56,571 nt of DNA from a virus (IMGVR_UViG_3300042197_000691:1-56571); one strand, 5' to 3'; shown: positions 40,715-50,333, numbered from the stretch's first letter. A program made the numbers and translations. Notes: generated by a model from the sequence alone, not told the origin.

Positions 40715-41401
40715 ATGATATTTAAAACGGAAGATCAAGAAGTAAATTTTTCTATTCCAAAAAATTTTACAAAAATAGCAATAAATTGCAGTGGCGGAGC
40801 CGACAGCAGTATACTTTTGTATACTTTAGTAAAATATTTGGAAAAAAATGATAGAACAGATAATAAAATAACTGTTCTGACATGTGCTAACAATTTAAAA
40901 AATAGATGGAATGCTAGAAATGCAACAAGTGTAATTAATTTTGTAATTGAAAATACAAAAACTAATTATATAGATTCTCATATATGCTATTATCGAGATG
41001 TTCAAAAACCTGAATATTTTCACGAAATTGAATACGATTTGTTTAAAAATAAAAAGATTGATTTAATTGTTAGTGGAGTAACAGCAAATCCCCCTACTGG
41101 AGTTACACTATTAAACATAAATAATCAATTAATTAATTTATCTGACAAAGCATTGCCTAAAAGAAATGGCAGAGATAAAAATCCATGGTATAACAATAAT
41201 ATAGGATCTTGGTATTTTCCTTTTATAAACGTAGATAAAAAAATAATAGCAGAAATTTATCAATATTTTGGTCTTACTGATACATTATTATCTCTTACAC
41301 GAAGCTGCGAAGCAATAGAAAAAAATTTAAAAACATACGAACAGCCATGTGGAACTTGTTGGTGGTGTCTAGAGAGAAAATGGGCGTTTGGTAAATTTTA
41401 A
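40715..41401 (+). CDS. QueC-like PP-loop ATP pyrophosphatase
   Basis: SGGADS PP-loop; TRSC...PCGTCWWCLER zinc motif. Confidence 0.75.
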   Translation: MIFKTEDQEVNFSIPKNFTKIAINCSGGADSSILLYTLVKYLEKNDRTDNKITVLTCANNLKNRWNARNATSVINFVIENTKTNYIDSHICYYRDVQKPEYFHEIEYDLFKNKKIDLIVSGVTANPPTGVTLLNINNQLINLSDKALPKRNGRDKNPWYNNNIGSWYFPFINVDKKIIAEIYQYFGLTDTLLSLTRSCEAIEKNLKTYEQPCGTCWWCLERKWAFGKF

Positions 41402-41468
41402 CGTGATGCAGGACAATATAATATAGATTTAAAATTCTTTCTTCTCATAAATTATTTAAAAAATGTAA

Positions 41469-42032
41469 ATGAAAAAAATTCTTATTACGGGAAATAAAAA
41501 TTACGGCATTGCCAAAAGTTTATATGCTCTATATCCAGATGCTACATTTGCCAGTAGAGAAAGTGGTTTTGATTTGACAAACTCAGTAGGTCAGAACAAA
41601 TTAGCAGAAATTGCTATTGAACATGATGTGTTTATTAATTGTAGTGCTCTGTGGAAATTCAATCAAACAGTTTTATTGGATACGATATATAAAAAGTGCA
41701 TAGAAAAAAATCATAGATTACATATTATATGTATAGGTAGTACCACTGATCGTGTAAAAAATGGTAAAGCATGGTTGTACAATGCTGAGAAGAAAGCATT
41801 ACGAGATTACTGTAATACATTAGCATTAGGAGGTGTGTGGGGTTCAGGTCCAAAAGTTACTTATATCAGTTTTGGCACGCTGGATAACAATCAACACAAG
41901 CATCCAGATAGAAGATGTATGAGTATTGATGACGCAGCGCAATATATAAAATGGATCATTGATCAACCGTCTACGATAAATATAAACGAAATTAGCATTG
42001 ATCCTATGCAATACAGTTATTGGCATGAGTAA
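41469..42032 (+). CDS. short-chain dehydrogenase/reductase-like protein
   Basis: ILITGNKNYGIA, DVFIN, IGS, YNAEK (YxxxK). Confidence 0.75.
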   Translation: MKKILITGNKNYGIAKSLYALYPDATFASRESGFDLTNSVGQNKLAEIAIEHDVFINCSALWKFNQTVLLDTIYKKCIEKNHRLHIICIGSTTDRVKNGKAWLYNAEKKALRDYCNTLALGGVWGSGPKVTYISFGTLDNNQHKHPDRRCMSIDDAAQYIKWIIDQPSTININEISIDPMQYSYWHE

Positions 42033-43140
42033 AGATTTGTCCTGGAGTGAATATGATTTCACTAAGATACCGTTCAAAGACATCGTAAGTTTTGGTCAAC
42101 GTAGTTTACTTTATCGGGATTTATTCACAGTCAGTTGGCTATTAGGTAGATATTGTAACTATCGTTGTAGTTACTGTTGGCCATATGCTCGCAGTGATAC
42201 AAAAGATCATAGGCCCACGGAGTTGTGTTTAACGACTATAGATGAAATCAAACGTCAAGCAAGAGATAATGGTTTTAACAGTTTTCACTTTAGTTTAAGT
42301 GGCGGTGAACCTACGTTTCATCCGGGATATTTAGACATTTTGAAATATCTGGCTGATGATGTTGGTAATACCAATTACACAAGTATACATATGACTAGTA
42401 ATTGTAGTAGGCCAATTAAGTGGTTTGAAACGTATGTAGATTATGCCAAAGCATTTCATAGAGCAAGCATTACAGCAAGTTTGCATACAGAACATGTAAA
42501 TACGCCGCAGAAAATGCAAGAGTTCGCTGATAAACTTATATTATGCCAAGAAAATGATATTCAAGTGACCATTAACATGGTCATGGTTCCAGAATGGTTT
42601 GATCGTGATTATGATAATGCCTTGTTTTTTCATAATCAAGGAATCAATGTTACCCTTAAACCCCAAAGTGATTCGACGGCCAGTAAAGTTGTGGATGGGT
42701 ATACTGACGAACAAATGAAGAGATTATGGAATGGTATGCCTCAAATGGGTTACACAGAAATTAAAAGAAAATGGTCTAATAGACCTATAAATAAATTTGA
42801 ATCGTTAACAAAGACTACCACTGACAGCAGTACAGTGCCATCTCATATGCAGGTAGAGTTCACTGATTCGTCTGGCAAGAAATGGTATATGGATCAAGCT
42901 GAAAGATTTAATGCATTTGGATTTAATAAGTTCAAAGGATGGTTATGTAACAGTGGATATCAGGGGATTATCATCAGAGAACCAGATGGTAGCATAAAAC
43001 GTAGTTATAGTTGTTGGGACAAGCCTCTGGGCAACATTGAAACTGGTTTCAAATTATTTACTAAACCTACTGTATGTATGACTGAAAGTTGTGTTAGTAG
43101 CGCCGATAGTAAAATACCAAAAAAAATTTATCAAAGTTAA
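42025..43140 (+). CDS. radical SAM protein
   Basis: CNYRCSYC; SGGEP; TSN; ASLH. Confidence 0.88.
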   Translation: MSKDLSWSEYDFTKIPFKDIVSFGQRSLLYRDLFTVSWLLGRYCNYRCSYCWPYARSDTKDHRPTELCLTTIDEIKRQARDNGFNSFHFSLSGGEPTFHPGYLDILKYLADDVGNTNYTSIHMTSNCSRPIKWFETYVDYAKAFHRASITASLHTEHVNTPQKMQEFADKLILCQENDIQVTINMVMVPEWFDRDYDNALFFHNQGINVTLKPQSDSTASKVVDGYTDEQMKRLWNGMPQMGYTEIKRKWSNRPINKFESLTKTTTDSSTVPSHMQVEFTDSSGKKWYMDQAERFNAFGFNKFKGWLCNSGYQGIIIREPDGSIKRSYSCWDKPLGNIETGFKLFTKPTVCMTESCVSSADSKIPKKIYQS

Positions 43141-43184
43141 AATACCAACATTAATATTTAATAGCATAAAAAGAGAATATAATT

Positions 43185-43640
43185 ATGATGTGTGTAAAAA
43201 ATCTTTGTATAAAAAATAATAATTTACCAATAATACCAAATGAACTTATAAGTTCTTTAGAAGAAATAGAAAAATTAAAAAATTGTTTCCCCGATAAAGA
43301 TTTTAATCATACTTATGCAAGTTATGAAGTTCCGAATGAATTGGATAAATTTTTACAAAATTTTTTTGATTATCCTATCGTAGTGCGGTATCAAGTTATT
43401 AAAAAAAAATTACCAATTCACATTGATGTCAATACGAAGGCTAAGTTTAATTATTTGATAAAATCAGGTGGTAATCAAGTAACAACTAGATGGTGGGATG
43501 ATGATAAAAATCCAACAAAGAAGTTACAAGAATGTGAAATGAAAGAGTTAGAATGGTACTATTTAAAAGTAGATGTGCCACATGACATTTCAGAAATTGA
43601 AAATACTAGAATTAGTATTACGATTAAGATAAATAATTGA
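43185..43640 (+). CDS. cupin/2OG-Fe(II) oxygenase-like protein
   Basis: PIHID...VPHDI...RISITI. Confidence 0.6.
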   Translation: MMCVKNLCIKNNNLPIIPNELISSLEEIEKLKNCFPDKDFNHTYASYEVPNELDKFLQNFFDYPIVVRYQVIKKKLPIHIDVNTKAKFNYLIKSGGNQVTTRWWDDDKNPTKKLQECEMKELEWYYLKVDVPHDISEIENTRISITIKINN

Positions 43641-43641
43641 T

Positions 43642-44379
43642 ATGATAAATATATCCAATAATCTAGAAAATTTAAAATTTAACTTTTTGAAGTATGGTCT
43701 AACTTATTTCGAAAATAGTGAATATTCTAATTTTCAGATATCTTCAGTTTTGGGAATTCCATTTAAATATCGCCCTGATAAAAGTCCATATTATTTTATG
43801 GATAACGAAGGTTATGAGTTAAGGATATCGAATGTTGAAGGAATTTTAGGTAATTCTGAAATTTATTGGCATCAGGATCATTCACATAAAAAAGGAACAT
43901 GGTATGGTGGAGTATTACGAGGAATTAAAAACTCACATTTAAGCTCAACTACATTTTGTGATTTGGAATTATTGTATAATGATTTAAGTGATTCTCAACG
44001 AAAAAAAGCAGAAACTGTGAAAATTAAACAAACGATTAATAAAAAATATGAAAATTTAGAACAATTTAGCAAAGAAGCATGTCATATGGACGCTATTGAT
44101 TATCGTTTAGCAAAAAAAACAGTAATGCGTAATATGATAGTTGTTCATCCTGTTAAAAAAACAAAAATGTTATTTTTATCGCCTGAATTTGCTGTTCTTG
44201 AAGAGCATGATTTATCATTTTTTGAAGAAATAATAAATTTAGCAGATAAAGAAAAGTATCATACTATATTTGATTGGAAAGATGGAAATATTTTAATTTT
44301 TGATAATATTAAGTTTATGCACAAACGAAATTCTTTTATAGGTAACAGAATATTAACAAGAACTTTATTTCAAATTTGA
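43642..44379 (+). CDS. TauD/TfdA-family dioxygenase
   Basis: WHQD, TTFCD, VHP, WKDGNILIFDN...HKR...RILTR. Confidence 0.85.
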   Translation: MINISNNLENLKFNFLKYGLTYFENSEYSNFQISSVLGIPFKYRPDKSPYYFMDNEGYELRISNVEGILGNSEIYWHQDHSHKKGTWYGGVLRGIKNSHLSSTTFCDLELLYNDLSDSQRKKAETVKIKQTINKKYENLEQFSKEACHMDAIDYRLAKKTVMRNMIVVHPVKKTKMLFLSPEFAVLEEHDLSFFEEIINLADKEKYHTIFDWKDGNILIFDNIKFMHKRNSFIGNRILTRTLFQI

Positions 44380-44948
44380 TTTATTTTGTTCATGTAATTT
44401 TCAAAACTAGTATTGACATTAATTATTAAATGAATTCTATCTTCTTCTCCATTGTTTTTTACACAATGTTCGTATGTAGTGTTTAATGCATAAAATTTTC
44501 CTACTTCAAATTTTCCAGGAACAATTTTGCCATCATGTTTATAAAAATAAAAACATTTAGTATTAGTAATAATAGGTAAATGAACCCTTGTGATGTTTTC
44601 ACAATTATAATCAATATGCCATGGTATTATAATACCTTTAAATAATTTACTAAATCTCACTTTACTAGTCCCGAAACCTAAAGAAACCTTATTGATTATT
44701 TCTAAAATAGAAGTCGGAATATTTTCTTTCAACACAAAATTATCGGCACCTAAGTTTGCACGGTCATTTCCTAAATCATCAATTACATCAAAATCTGGAG
44801 ATTTTGAATTTTTCATATAACTTAGTCCTGCTGATTTATAAATTTTTTCATGATTTTCATGTTTACAAAAATATGGCAAATTTAAAGAATATTCTAAAAT
44901 TTCTTTTAAATCATGAGATGAAACAAAAAAAGGTAATTTTTTATACAT
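44370..44948 (-). CDS. aspartyl/asparaginyl beta-hydroxylase-like oxygenase
   Basis: WHID, RVHLPIITN, EHCVKNNGEEDRIHLII. Confidence 0.75.
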   Translation of the reverse strand: MYKKLPFFVSSHDLKEILEYSLNLPYFCKHENHEKIYKSAGLSYMKNSKSPDFDVIDDLGNDRANLGADNFVLKENIPTSILEIINKVSLGFGTSKVRFSKLFKGIIIPWHIDYNCENITRVHLPIITNTKCFYFYKHDGKIVPGKFEVGKFYALNTTYEHCVKNNGEEDRIHLIINVNTSFENYMNKINQI

Positions 44949-44950
44949 TT

Positions 44951-45553
44951 TTATTCTCTGTATAAATTATCTAACAATGAAAATTTATTATTGTTTCCTA
45001 TTTTAGAGTAACAAATATATTGAAATGAATTATCCATATTGCTAGGAGCAACTTGATATCTTTTATCTGTAGTTAACCAAACATATTTATTGCATAAAAA
45101 TGAAAAATTTAAATAATCTTTCATGCTGTTTAACTTGTAAATGGCATTTTTCCCTTCCCTAGTCATAAAAACAAAATCAATATTTTGTTTTAGACATTCT
45201 TCTATTTGCCTGGATACTATAATACCGGTTTCTGGCTTTAAGTATCTTCTCCCGTGTGATATTTGTCTCTCTCCGTTATCATCATATAAATTTGTGAATC
45301 GATTGAGTATTCTTGCATTATTTCCATAAAAAGACCGTTTCCAAACGCTGGTAAATGACATTAATTTTTCATTTCTATATAAAAAATTATAAGCGATTAC
45401 ATTATCAGTAAGCATTTCAAATGAATAAGCATGTTCTCTTTCGGGAGCAAATTTTTTAATCCATTCAATTACGAAATTGATGTTATCAACAACAGTATTA
45501 TTTAATTCTACATGTGTTTCTATTTTTATATCATTAAATATATCAGTTTTCAT
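44951..45553 (-). CDS. hypothetical protein (possibly GNAT-like)
   Basis: 200-aa ORF within the operon; ARILNRF and VFMTRE motifs. Fold call is weak. Confidence 0.55.
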   Translation of the reverse strand: MKTDIFNDIKIETHVELNNTVVDNINFVIEWIKKFAPEREHAYSFEMLTDNVIAYNFLYRNEKLMSFTSVWKRSFYGNNARILNRFTNLYDDNGERQISHGRRYLKPETGIIVSRQIEECLKQNIDFVFMTREGKNAIYKLNSMKDYLNFSFLCNKYVWLTTDKRYQVAPSNMDNSFQYICYSKIGNNNKFSLLDNLYRE

Positions 45554-46100
45554 AAGTTGAAATTATTAAAGAATAACGGTCTTCACTCCCGGCATTTACC
45601 GCTGTATGCCAAATTTTTGTGTTAGTGAAATATATATATCCATCTGATGGAATGTGAAAATTTAATAGATTGTTATTATTTTTATCCAAAAATGTCATAA
45701 ATGCAAATGAATTGGTTTTCATTGCTAAATGCCATCTAATGGTATAATCTTTATGAAAAAGTAAAGATGTTCCGGGTTTCATTTTTCTTATGGTCATTCT
45801 ACAAATATTGTATTCACTGTAATTTTTTAAACTTTCCCAAATCTCTTCCCAAATAGTATTCTTAAAATTATTATTTAAATTTGTGAATTTTTTTTCTTCT
45901 CTGACGGTTGTTCTAGACAGTTTATTTTTTGCTTTTATATTATACAATCCATCTTCTAAATTTTCACCACATAAAGATAATTGATTGTAATTTTCTAATA
46001 TTTTGCTCATGCCTTTATGTTCTAATATTAATTCTAGCCCCGCGATTATTTCGTTTATATCAAAATATAAGTTAGTTTTTTTAATAAAGTCGTTATTCAT
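45543..46100 (-). CDS. aspartyl/asparaginyl beta-hydroxylase-like oxygenase
   Basis: FHKD, RWHL, WHTAVNAGSEDR. Confidence 0.75.
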   Translation of the reverse strand: MNNDFIKKTNLYFDINEIIAGLELILEHKGMSKILENYNQLSLCGENLEDGLYNIKAKNKLSRTTVREEKKFTNLNNNFKNTIWEEIWESLKNYSEYNICRMTIRKMKPGTSLLFHKDYTIRWHLAMKTNSFAFMTFLDKNNNNLLNFHIPSDGYIYFTNTKIWHTAVNAGSEDRYSLIISTYEN

Positions 46101-47581
46101 GTTATATTAAAATTTTTAAAGTAGATTTTTATTTGTTCAATAGATTTATTTTTTACTAAAGACCAATCTATTATCCTTTGATGTTTTGTTACTAAATCAT
46201 CAATGGTATATATACCGGAAGTTATCAATGGAGCAAAATAGTGAAATGGGTTTACGCTATATAATTCTTGTTTTGGATCATCGTAACTGAATATTTCGTC
46301 AGTAAAATTTTTAGCCCGTTCAAAATTCCATCCAGTTTCTGCGTGAATCCAGTTCCCTTGTTTATCAAAAGTAAATCCATATTTAGTTGAATCTCGGTCA
46401 AACTCGCTCGTAGAAAATCGTTGATTGCTGAGTTTATGCCTAATAGCTAGAGGAACAAACGCCCAACTTGGAATTCCTATATCTTTTACAAATTGTTTAG
46501 ATTGAAGTATATCGTTTTCAGTTTCATATGGCAATCCTACTATAAAATTGGTATGAATTGTTATTTTTTTATTCCAACGATTTGAAAGTTTTTCTAAGAA
46601 TAATTTAGATTCCGGATTTGCATTAAATCCTTTTCCTATCAGTAAAGAATTTTTTTTATTAAAAGTTTCTATTCCTAAAAAAGCAGAGCGTATTGAGCAT
46701 CTTTCAATTAATTCTATAGTTTCTGGAAATCTAGCCAACAAATCATATCTTATATATGCTCCGAAACTTGGCTTAAATGGCAAACTTTCTACCATATCTG
46801 CAAATTCCCTCATTTTGTCGATGTTTTCATTAAAGGTACTGTCAATTAAAGAATAATATGTTGTTTTGTATTTTTCATAATGATAAATTAATTGATTTCT
46901 AATTAACTTCATGTCTCTAATGTAATCATTTTTCTTTTTTCCTAAATATTGAAAATCACAAAATTTACATTTAAACATACATCCTCTACTTGCTTCTAAT
47001 ATCATGGATTCCCCTGAAAATATGTAATCATTTTCAGCATGACGAAAATCATAATTTAAAATATGAAATTTATTGTAGGATGAATTTTTATAAATTTTAA
47101 TTTTATACGGAAGTTCTAATTCGTAAGGTGGTTCCCTACAATTTCCGTTGAAATAATCTAATAACTCTAATATTATGTTTTCCGCATATCCTTGAATATA
47201 TCCATCTAAAAATTCTAAATATGGTTTAACTTTAAAAAAAGAAATAGCACCACCTGCTAATATTTTTACATGAGGATAAGTTGTCTTTATGAATAAAAGA
47301 ACTTCATTTAAAGATTTGGTATCAGGATTATTCCAAAAAGTTAAGCTCAATCCAACAATTTTAGTTTTTTCATTTATTAATTGTTTAAGAATATTTTTTA
47401 TATTTTCTGATGAAACGTCATATTCTTTGGTACTGACAGTACTTAAAAAATCAATAACTTGACAGGAATAATTATTTTTTCTTAGTATATCGGCTAGCAG
47501 ATAACTACCAAAAGGTCTATCTATTTTGATTCTATTTTTTGAAATTTTAGATTGGTTTGTTGTTAAAAATATTACATCCAT
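46097..47581 (-). CDS. cobalamin-binding-type (class B-like) radical SAM protein
   Basis: N-terminal VGLS...GG domain; EASRGCMFKCKFC; DSTFN; LGIET; FIVGLPYET. Confidence 0.8.
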   Translation of the reverse strand: MDVIFLTTNQSKISKNRIKIDRPFGSYLLADILRKNNYSCQVIDFLSTVSTKEYDVSSENIKNILKQLINEKTKIVGLSLTFWNNPDTKSLNEVLLFIKTTYPHVKILAGGAISFFKVKPYLEFLDGYIQGYAENIILELLDYFNGNCREPPYELELPYKIKIYKNSSYNKFHILNYDFRHAENDYIFSGESMILEASRGCMFKCKFCDFQYLGKKKNDYIRDMKLIRNQLIYHYEKYKTTYYSLIDSTFNENIDKMREFADMVESLPFKPSFGAYIRYDLLARFPETIELIERCSIRSAFLGIETFNKKNSLLIGKGFNANPESKLFLEKLSNRWNKKITIHTNFIVGLPYETENDILQSKQFVKDIGIPSWAFVPLAIRHKLSNQRFSTSEFDRDSTKYGFTFDKQGNWIHAETGWNFERAKNFTDEIFSYDDPKQELYSVNPFHYFAPLITSGIYTIDDLVTKHQRIIDWSLVKNKSIEQIKIYFKNFNIT

Positions 47582-47605
47582 AATTTAGAAAATCATAATA
47601 AACTC

Positions 47606-48343
47606 TTAATCTTTTCTTATCAACTCTATGAAATCTGCTGATAAATCAAAAGAAGAATATCTAAAATTACTGGGGAAGGCATGATGATTATTATGAAATC
47701 CTCCTCCAAATGTTAATAAATTCATTATGAAAACATTTTTAGAATTATCATTGGTTTGATGTGTTTTTTCTCCGAAATGTTCATTATGTAAAATGTAATT
47801 GCCAATAATACTCATTATTGATGTTATTAATGTTCCACCTATTAAAAGCCCAAATGCTAATTCATATGAAATTAGTGATAAAAATGCATAACTTGACCAA
47901 TATAATACATAATAATATTTGTGAATAAACATTAGATAGTTATCTCGGCATAAATCTCGTGGATATGTAATATTATAAATTTTTTTTGTTTTAATTATTT
48001 GCCATTTCAATGTAGATTCCCATATTCCATTTTTGGGTGAATGCAAATCATTATCGGTATCTGAATATTTGTGGTGATGTCTATGTAATGCTACCCAAAA
48101 TAGAGGAGAACCATGACCGGACAATGTTCCCAAATAAATTATTAAAAAATTAAAAAATTTATTTAATTTGAACGATTTGTGTGATAGATAACGATGATAT
48201 CCTATCATATTACCAATAACTCCTATTACTATATATCCTATTATGACATATAGTAAAAACCAAATTGATAATGTAACAGTACAAAATGTTATAGCAATTA
48301 ATAGTATTAAAGGAAACAATAATTTTAAAAAATGAGAAGTCAT
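47606..48343 (-). CDS. membrane fatty acid (delta-9-type) desaturase
   Basis: His boxes YHRYLSH, HRHHH...HSP, HNNHH; hydrophobic helices. Confidence 0.9.
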   Translation of the reverse strand: MTSHFLKLLFPLILLIAITFCTVTLSIWFLLYVIIGYIVIGVIGNMIGYHRYLSHKSFKLNKFFNFLIIYLGTLSGHGSPLFWVALHRHHHKYSDTDNDLHSPKNGIWESTLKWQIIKTKKIYNITYPRDLCRDNYLMFIHKYYYVLYWSSYAFLSLISYELAFGLLIGGTLITSIMSIIGNYILHNEHFGEKTHQTNDNSKNVFIMNLLTFGGGFHNNHHAFPSNFRYSSFDLSADFIELIRKD

Positions 48344-48349
48344 AATACT

Positions 48350-49060
48350 TTACCTATTCTTAAATATATGAATTATCAATCCTCCAACATCACCGCTTCC
48401 AAATTTATAGTTTTTAGGATCATTATGATGATTTTTATGATACCCCTCGCCCCAAACTAAGTATGAAAGCAATCTATCATTGAACACTGTTCCCTTTCGA
48501 TGACTTATACTTACTATTGAACTTCCTGCGTTCCACAAAATCGCAGCAGGCGCTAACCATGCATATATTAAAGCATTAACATCTTGAAATATTAAAATCA
48601 TTAATATTCCCCATAGTAATGAAATTTCAAAATAAAATTTGTGTTGTAACAAATAAAACTTTTCTTTTAATAAATCTGGTACATATCTTAAATTAACTTC
48701 ACTAAACATACTTAAAAAGTGACAATAAAACCAAGATTTATACAATGGGCTATGCGGATCTTTCTCAGTATCAGTAAATCTATGATGTTGTCGATGAATA
48801 CTTACCCAACTAATTGCACTACCAGTCAGTCCTGAATTTGCAAAAATTACAAATAAGTATTCCAAGAACTTAGATGTAGACCATGATTTATGACTTAGTA
48901 GCCTATGATAAGTCATAGTCATTCCTAAACACCCGTTTAAAAAATAAACAAATATTGTTACTAGCCACCAATAAATATTACCGTAAAATAACATATATAT
49001 TAGAGCAGAGTGAGCAATAATTTGCGAAATTAGTAAATTTAATGGTGTTAGTGGTATCAT
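48350..49060 (-). CDS. membrane fatty acid (delta-9-type) desaturase
   Basis: His boxes YHRLLSH, HRQHH...DPHSP, GEGYHKNHH. Confidence 0.9.
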   Translation of the reverse strand: MIPLTPLNLLISQIIAHSALIYMLFYGNIYWWLVTIFVYFLNGCLGMTMTYHRLLSHKSWSTSKFLEYLFVIFANSGLTGSAISWVSIHRQHHRFTDTEKDPHSPLYKSWFYCHFLSMFSEVNLRYVPDLLKEKFYLLQHKFYFEISLLWGILMILIFQDVNALIYAWLAPAAILWNAGSSIVSISHRKGTVFNDRLLSYLVWGEGYHKNHHNDPKNYKFGSGDVGGLIIHIFKNR

Positions 49061-49101
49061 AATAAATATTTATCTACATTTTTTGATTGATCTAAAATTA
49101 T

Positions 49102-49458
49102 ATGCTAACGATAACGAACAATGCTGTACAAAAAATATCTGATATTCTTGTTGAAGAATCGCCAAATACAAAATTACGAATCTTCGTTCAAGGCGGAGGG
49201 TGTAGTGGATTCAACTATGGATTCACCACAGATACAGAAATAAATGAAGATGACTTCATCATAGAAAACACAAATGATACAGTAGTTACAGACAGTATGA
49301 GTATGCAATACCTAGCAGGTGCAACCGTTGATTATGTGGAAGATTTAATGGGTAGTAGTTTTAAAATAGATAACCCAAATGCTGAAACAACGTGTGGCTG
49401 TGGTAGTAGTTTCAACGTTGGAGAAGATTTTTACGATCAAGATTTTGATTTTCATTAA
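49102..49458 (+). CDS. erpA: A-type Fe-S carrier protein (ErpA/IscA, HesB family)
   Basis: [31 protein letters not shown]. Confidence 0.9.
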   Translation: MLTITNNAVQKISDILVEESPNTKLRIFVQGGGCSGFNYGFTTDTEINEDDFIIENTNDTVVTDSMSMQYLAGATVDYVEDLMGSSFKIDNPNAETTCGCGSSFNVGEDFYDQDFDFH

Positions 49459-49506
49459 AAACATAGCATAAATACCACTATTATTAAGTACATACTAAAT
49501 ACTAAT

Positions 49507-49647
49507 ATGAAAAACTGTCCTAGACATCATTCACCATCAATACTTAGCAAATGGGAATCCCAGTGTGCTGAGATGGTGGCGCCCACATATTTTATTAGTT
49601 TACGTGACGGCGCCATCTCTAATATGAGAGAACCGTGTCGGGGGTAG
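49507..49647 (+). CDS. putative attenuator leader peptide (46 aa)
   Basis: MKNCPRHHSPSILSKWESQCAEMVAPTYFISLRDGAISNMREPCRG*. ATG lies 5 nt after TAAATA, as in four other late genes; the stop overlaps the antiterminator segment. Confidence 0.6.
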   Translation: MKNCPRHHSPSILSKWESQCAEMVAPTYFISLRDGAISNMREPCRG

Positions 49648-49682
49648 ATGAAACAAATAATATAATAAAATTGTAAAGTACC

Positions 49683-49716
49683 AAACCCCCGAAACCTAAA
49701 AAGTCTCGGGGGTTTT
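49683..49716 (+). terminator. intrinsic terminator with a competing upstream antiterminator (49638-49645)
   Basis: AAACCCCCGA...TCGGGGGTTTT; an identical TCGGGGGT occurs at 49638. Confidence 0.7.
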
Positions 49717-49720
49717 AACT

Positions 49721-49904
49721 TTGTGCTAGTGGGAAACGTGGTCCTAGTAGAGCACATAAAATATACTACAAAAAGGGCGGACTGCTGGATGAAAGTGTGG
49801 CGATAACACATAAGTACAAATAGCAGGTCAGGGTACAGCCCTGACATATCCAGAAACATTCTGGATATTCCAAAGTACATAGCAAAATGTGTATTTTGGA
49901 ATAT
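49721..49904 (+). ncRNA. putative structured RNA downstream of the attenuator
   Basis: Successive hairpins TGTGCT...AGCACA, GTCAGGG-TACAG-CCCTGAC, ATATCCAGAA/TTCTGGATAT, and a 17-bp stem at 49865-49904. Confidence 0.4.
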
Positions 49905-49910
49905 AAAAGT

Positions 49911-49939
49911 TTGACGGAATCTCCATCACCGTTTATACT
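49911..49939 (+). promoter_or_regulatory. sigma70-type promoter
   Basis: TTGACG-N17-TATACT. Confidence 0.7.
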
Positions 49940-49962
49940 ACTAAAAACTTACAAAGGAAACT

Positions 49963-50145
49963 ATGAAGTCAACATCAAATTATAAAATGAGTAAGCCACT
50001 AAAAATGCGTCTAAGTTCAACGATGTATCCACGGGATTTGCTCCAAAAGTGGAAACGTGCTATGATTGATAGTGAATTGAGCGCAGAACAAGCAAGCAAG
50101 ACCGCAGCAAAGCGTGAAAAGAATAAAGATGTAGAATCCGAATAA
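49963..50145 (+). CDS. hypothetical protein
   Basis: AAGGA RBS; follows a promoter. Confidence 0.6.
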   Translation: MKSTSNYKMSKPLKMRLSSTMYPRDLLQKWKRAMIDSELSAEQASKTAAKREKNKDVESE

Positions 50146-50153
50146 AATACTAT

Positions 50154-50228
50154 GTCAGGATGGCCGAGTGATTTAGGCAATGGTCTGCAAAACCGTCTAG
50201 GTGAGTTTGATTCTCACTCCTGACTCCA
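50154..50228 (+). tRNA. tRNA-Cys(GCA)
   Basis: Cloverleaf; anticodon loop CTGCAAA; T discriminator plus CCA. Confidence 0.88.
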
Positions 50229-50234
50229 AATATT

Positions 50235-50327
50235 AGAAGGTTGACAGAGAGGCCTATTGTCGCACATTGGAAATGTGATGGTCTGATAGTATCAGGCACC
50301 GGGGTTCAAATCCCCGACCTTCTGCCA
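50235..50327 (+). tRNA. tRNA-Ser(GGA)
   Basis: Loop TTGGAAA; long variable arm; GGTTCAAATCC T-arm; GCCA end. Confidence 0.88.
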
Positions 50328-50333
50328 AAAATT

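Noticed and set aside
40715-41401. Complete 7-deazaguanine DNA modification pathway
   Set aside because: Only a QueC-like fold is present; QueD, FolE and DpdA are not visible here, so the gene symbol is withheld.
49527-49880. 117-aa minus-strand ORF
   Set aside because: Antisense to the leader/terminator structure, with no RBS or motif.
50241-50333. N-terminal part of the 152-aa ORF
   Set aside because: It overlaps tRNA-Ser(GGA); the ATG at 50334 is the better start.
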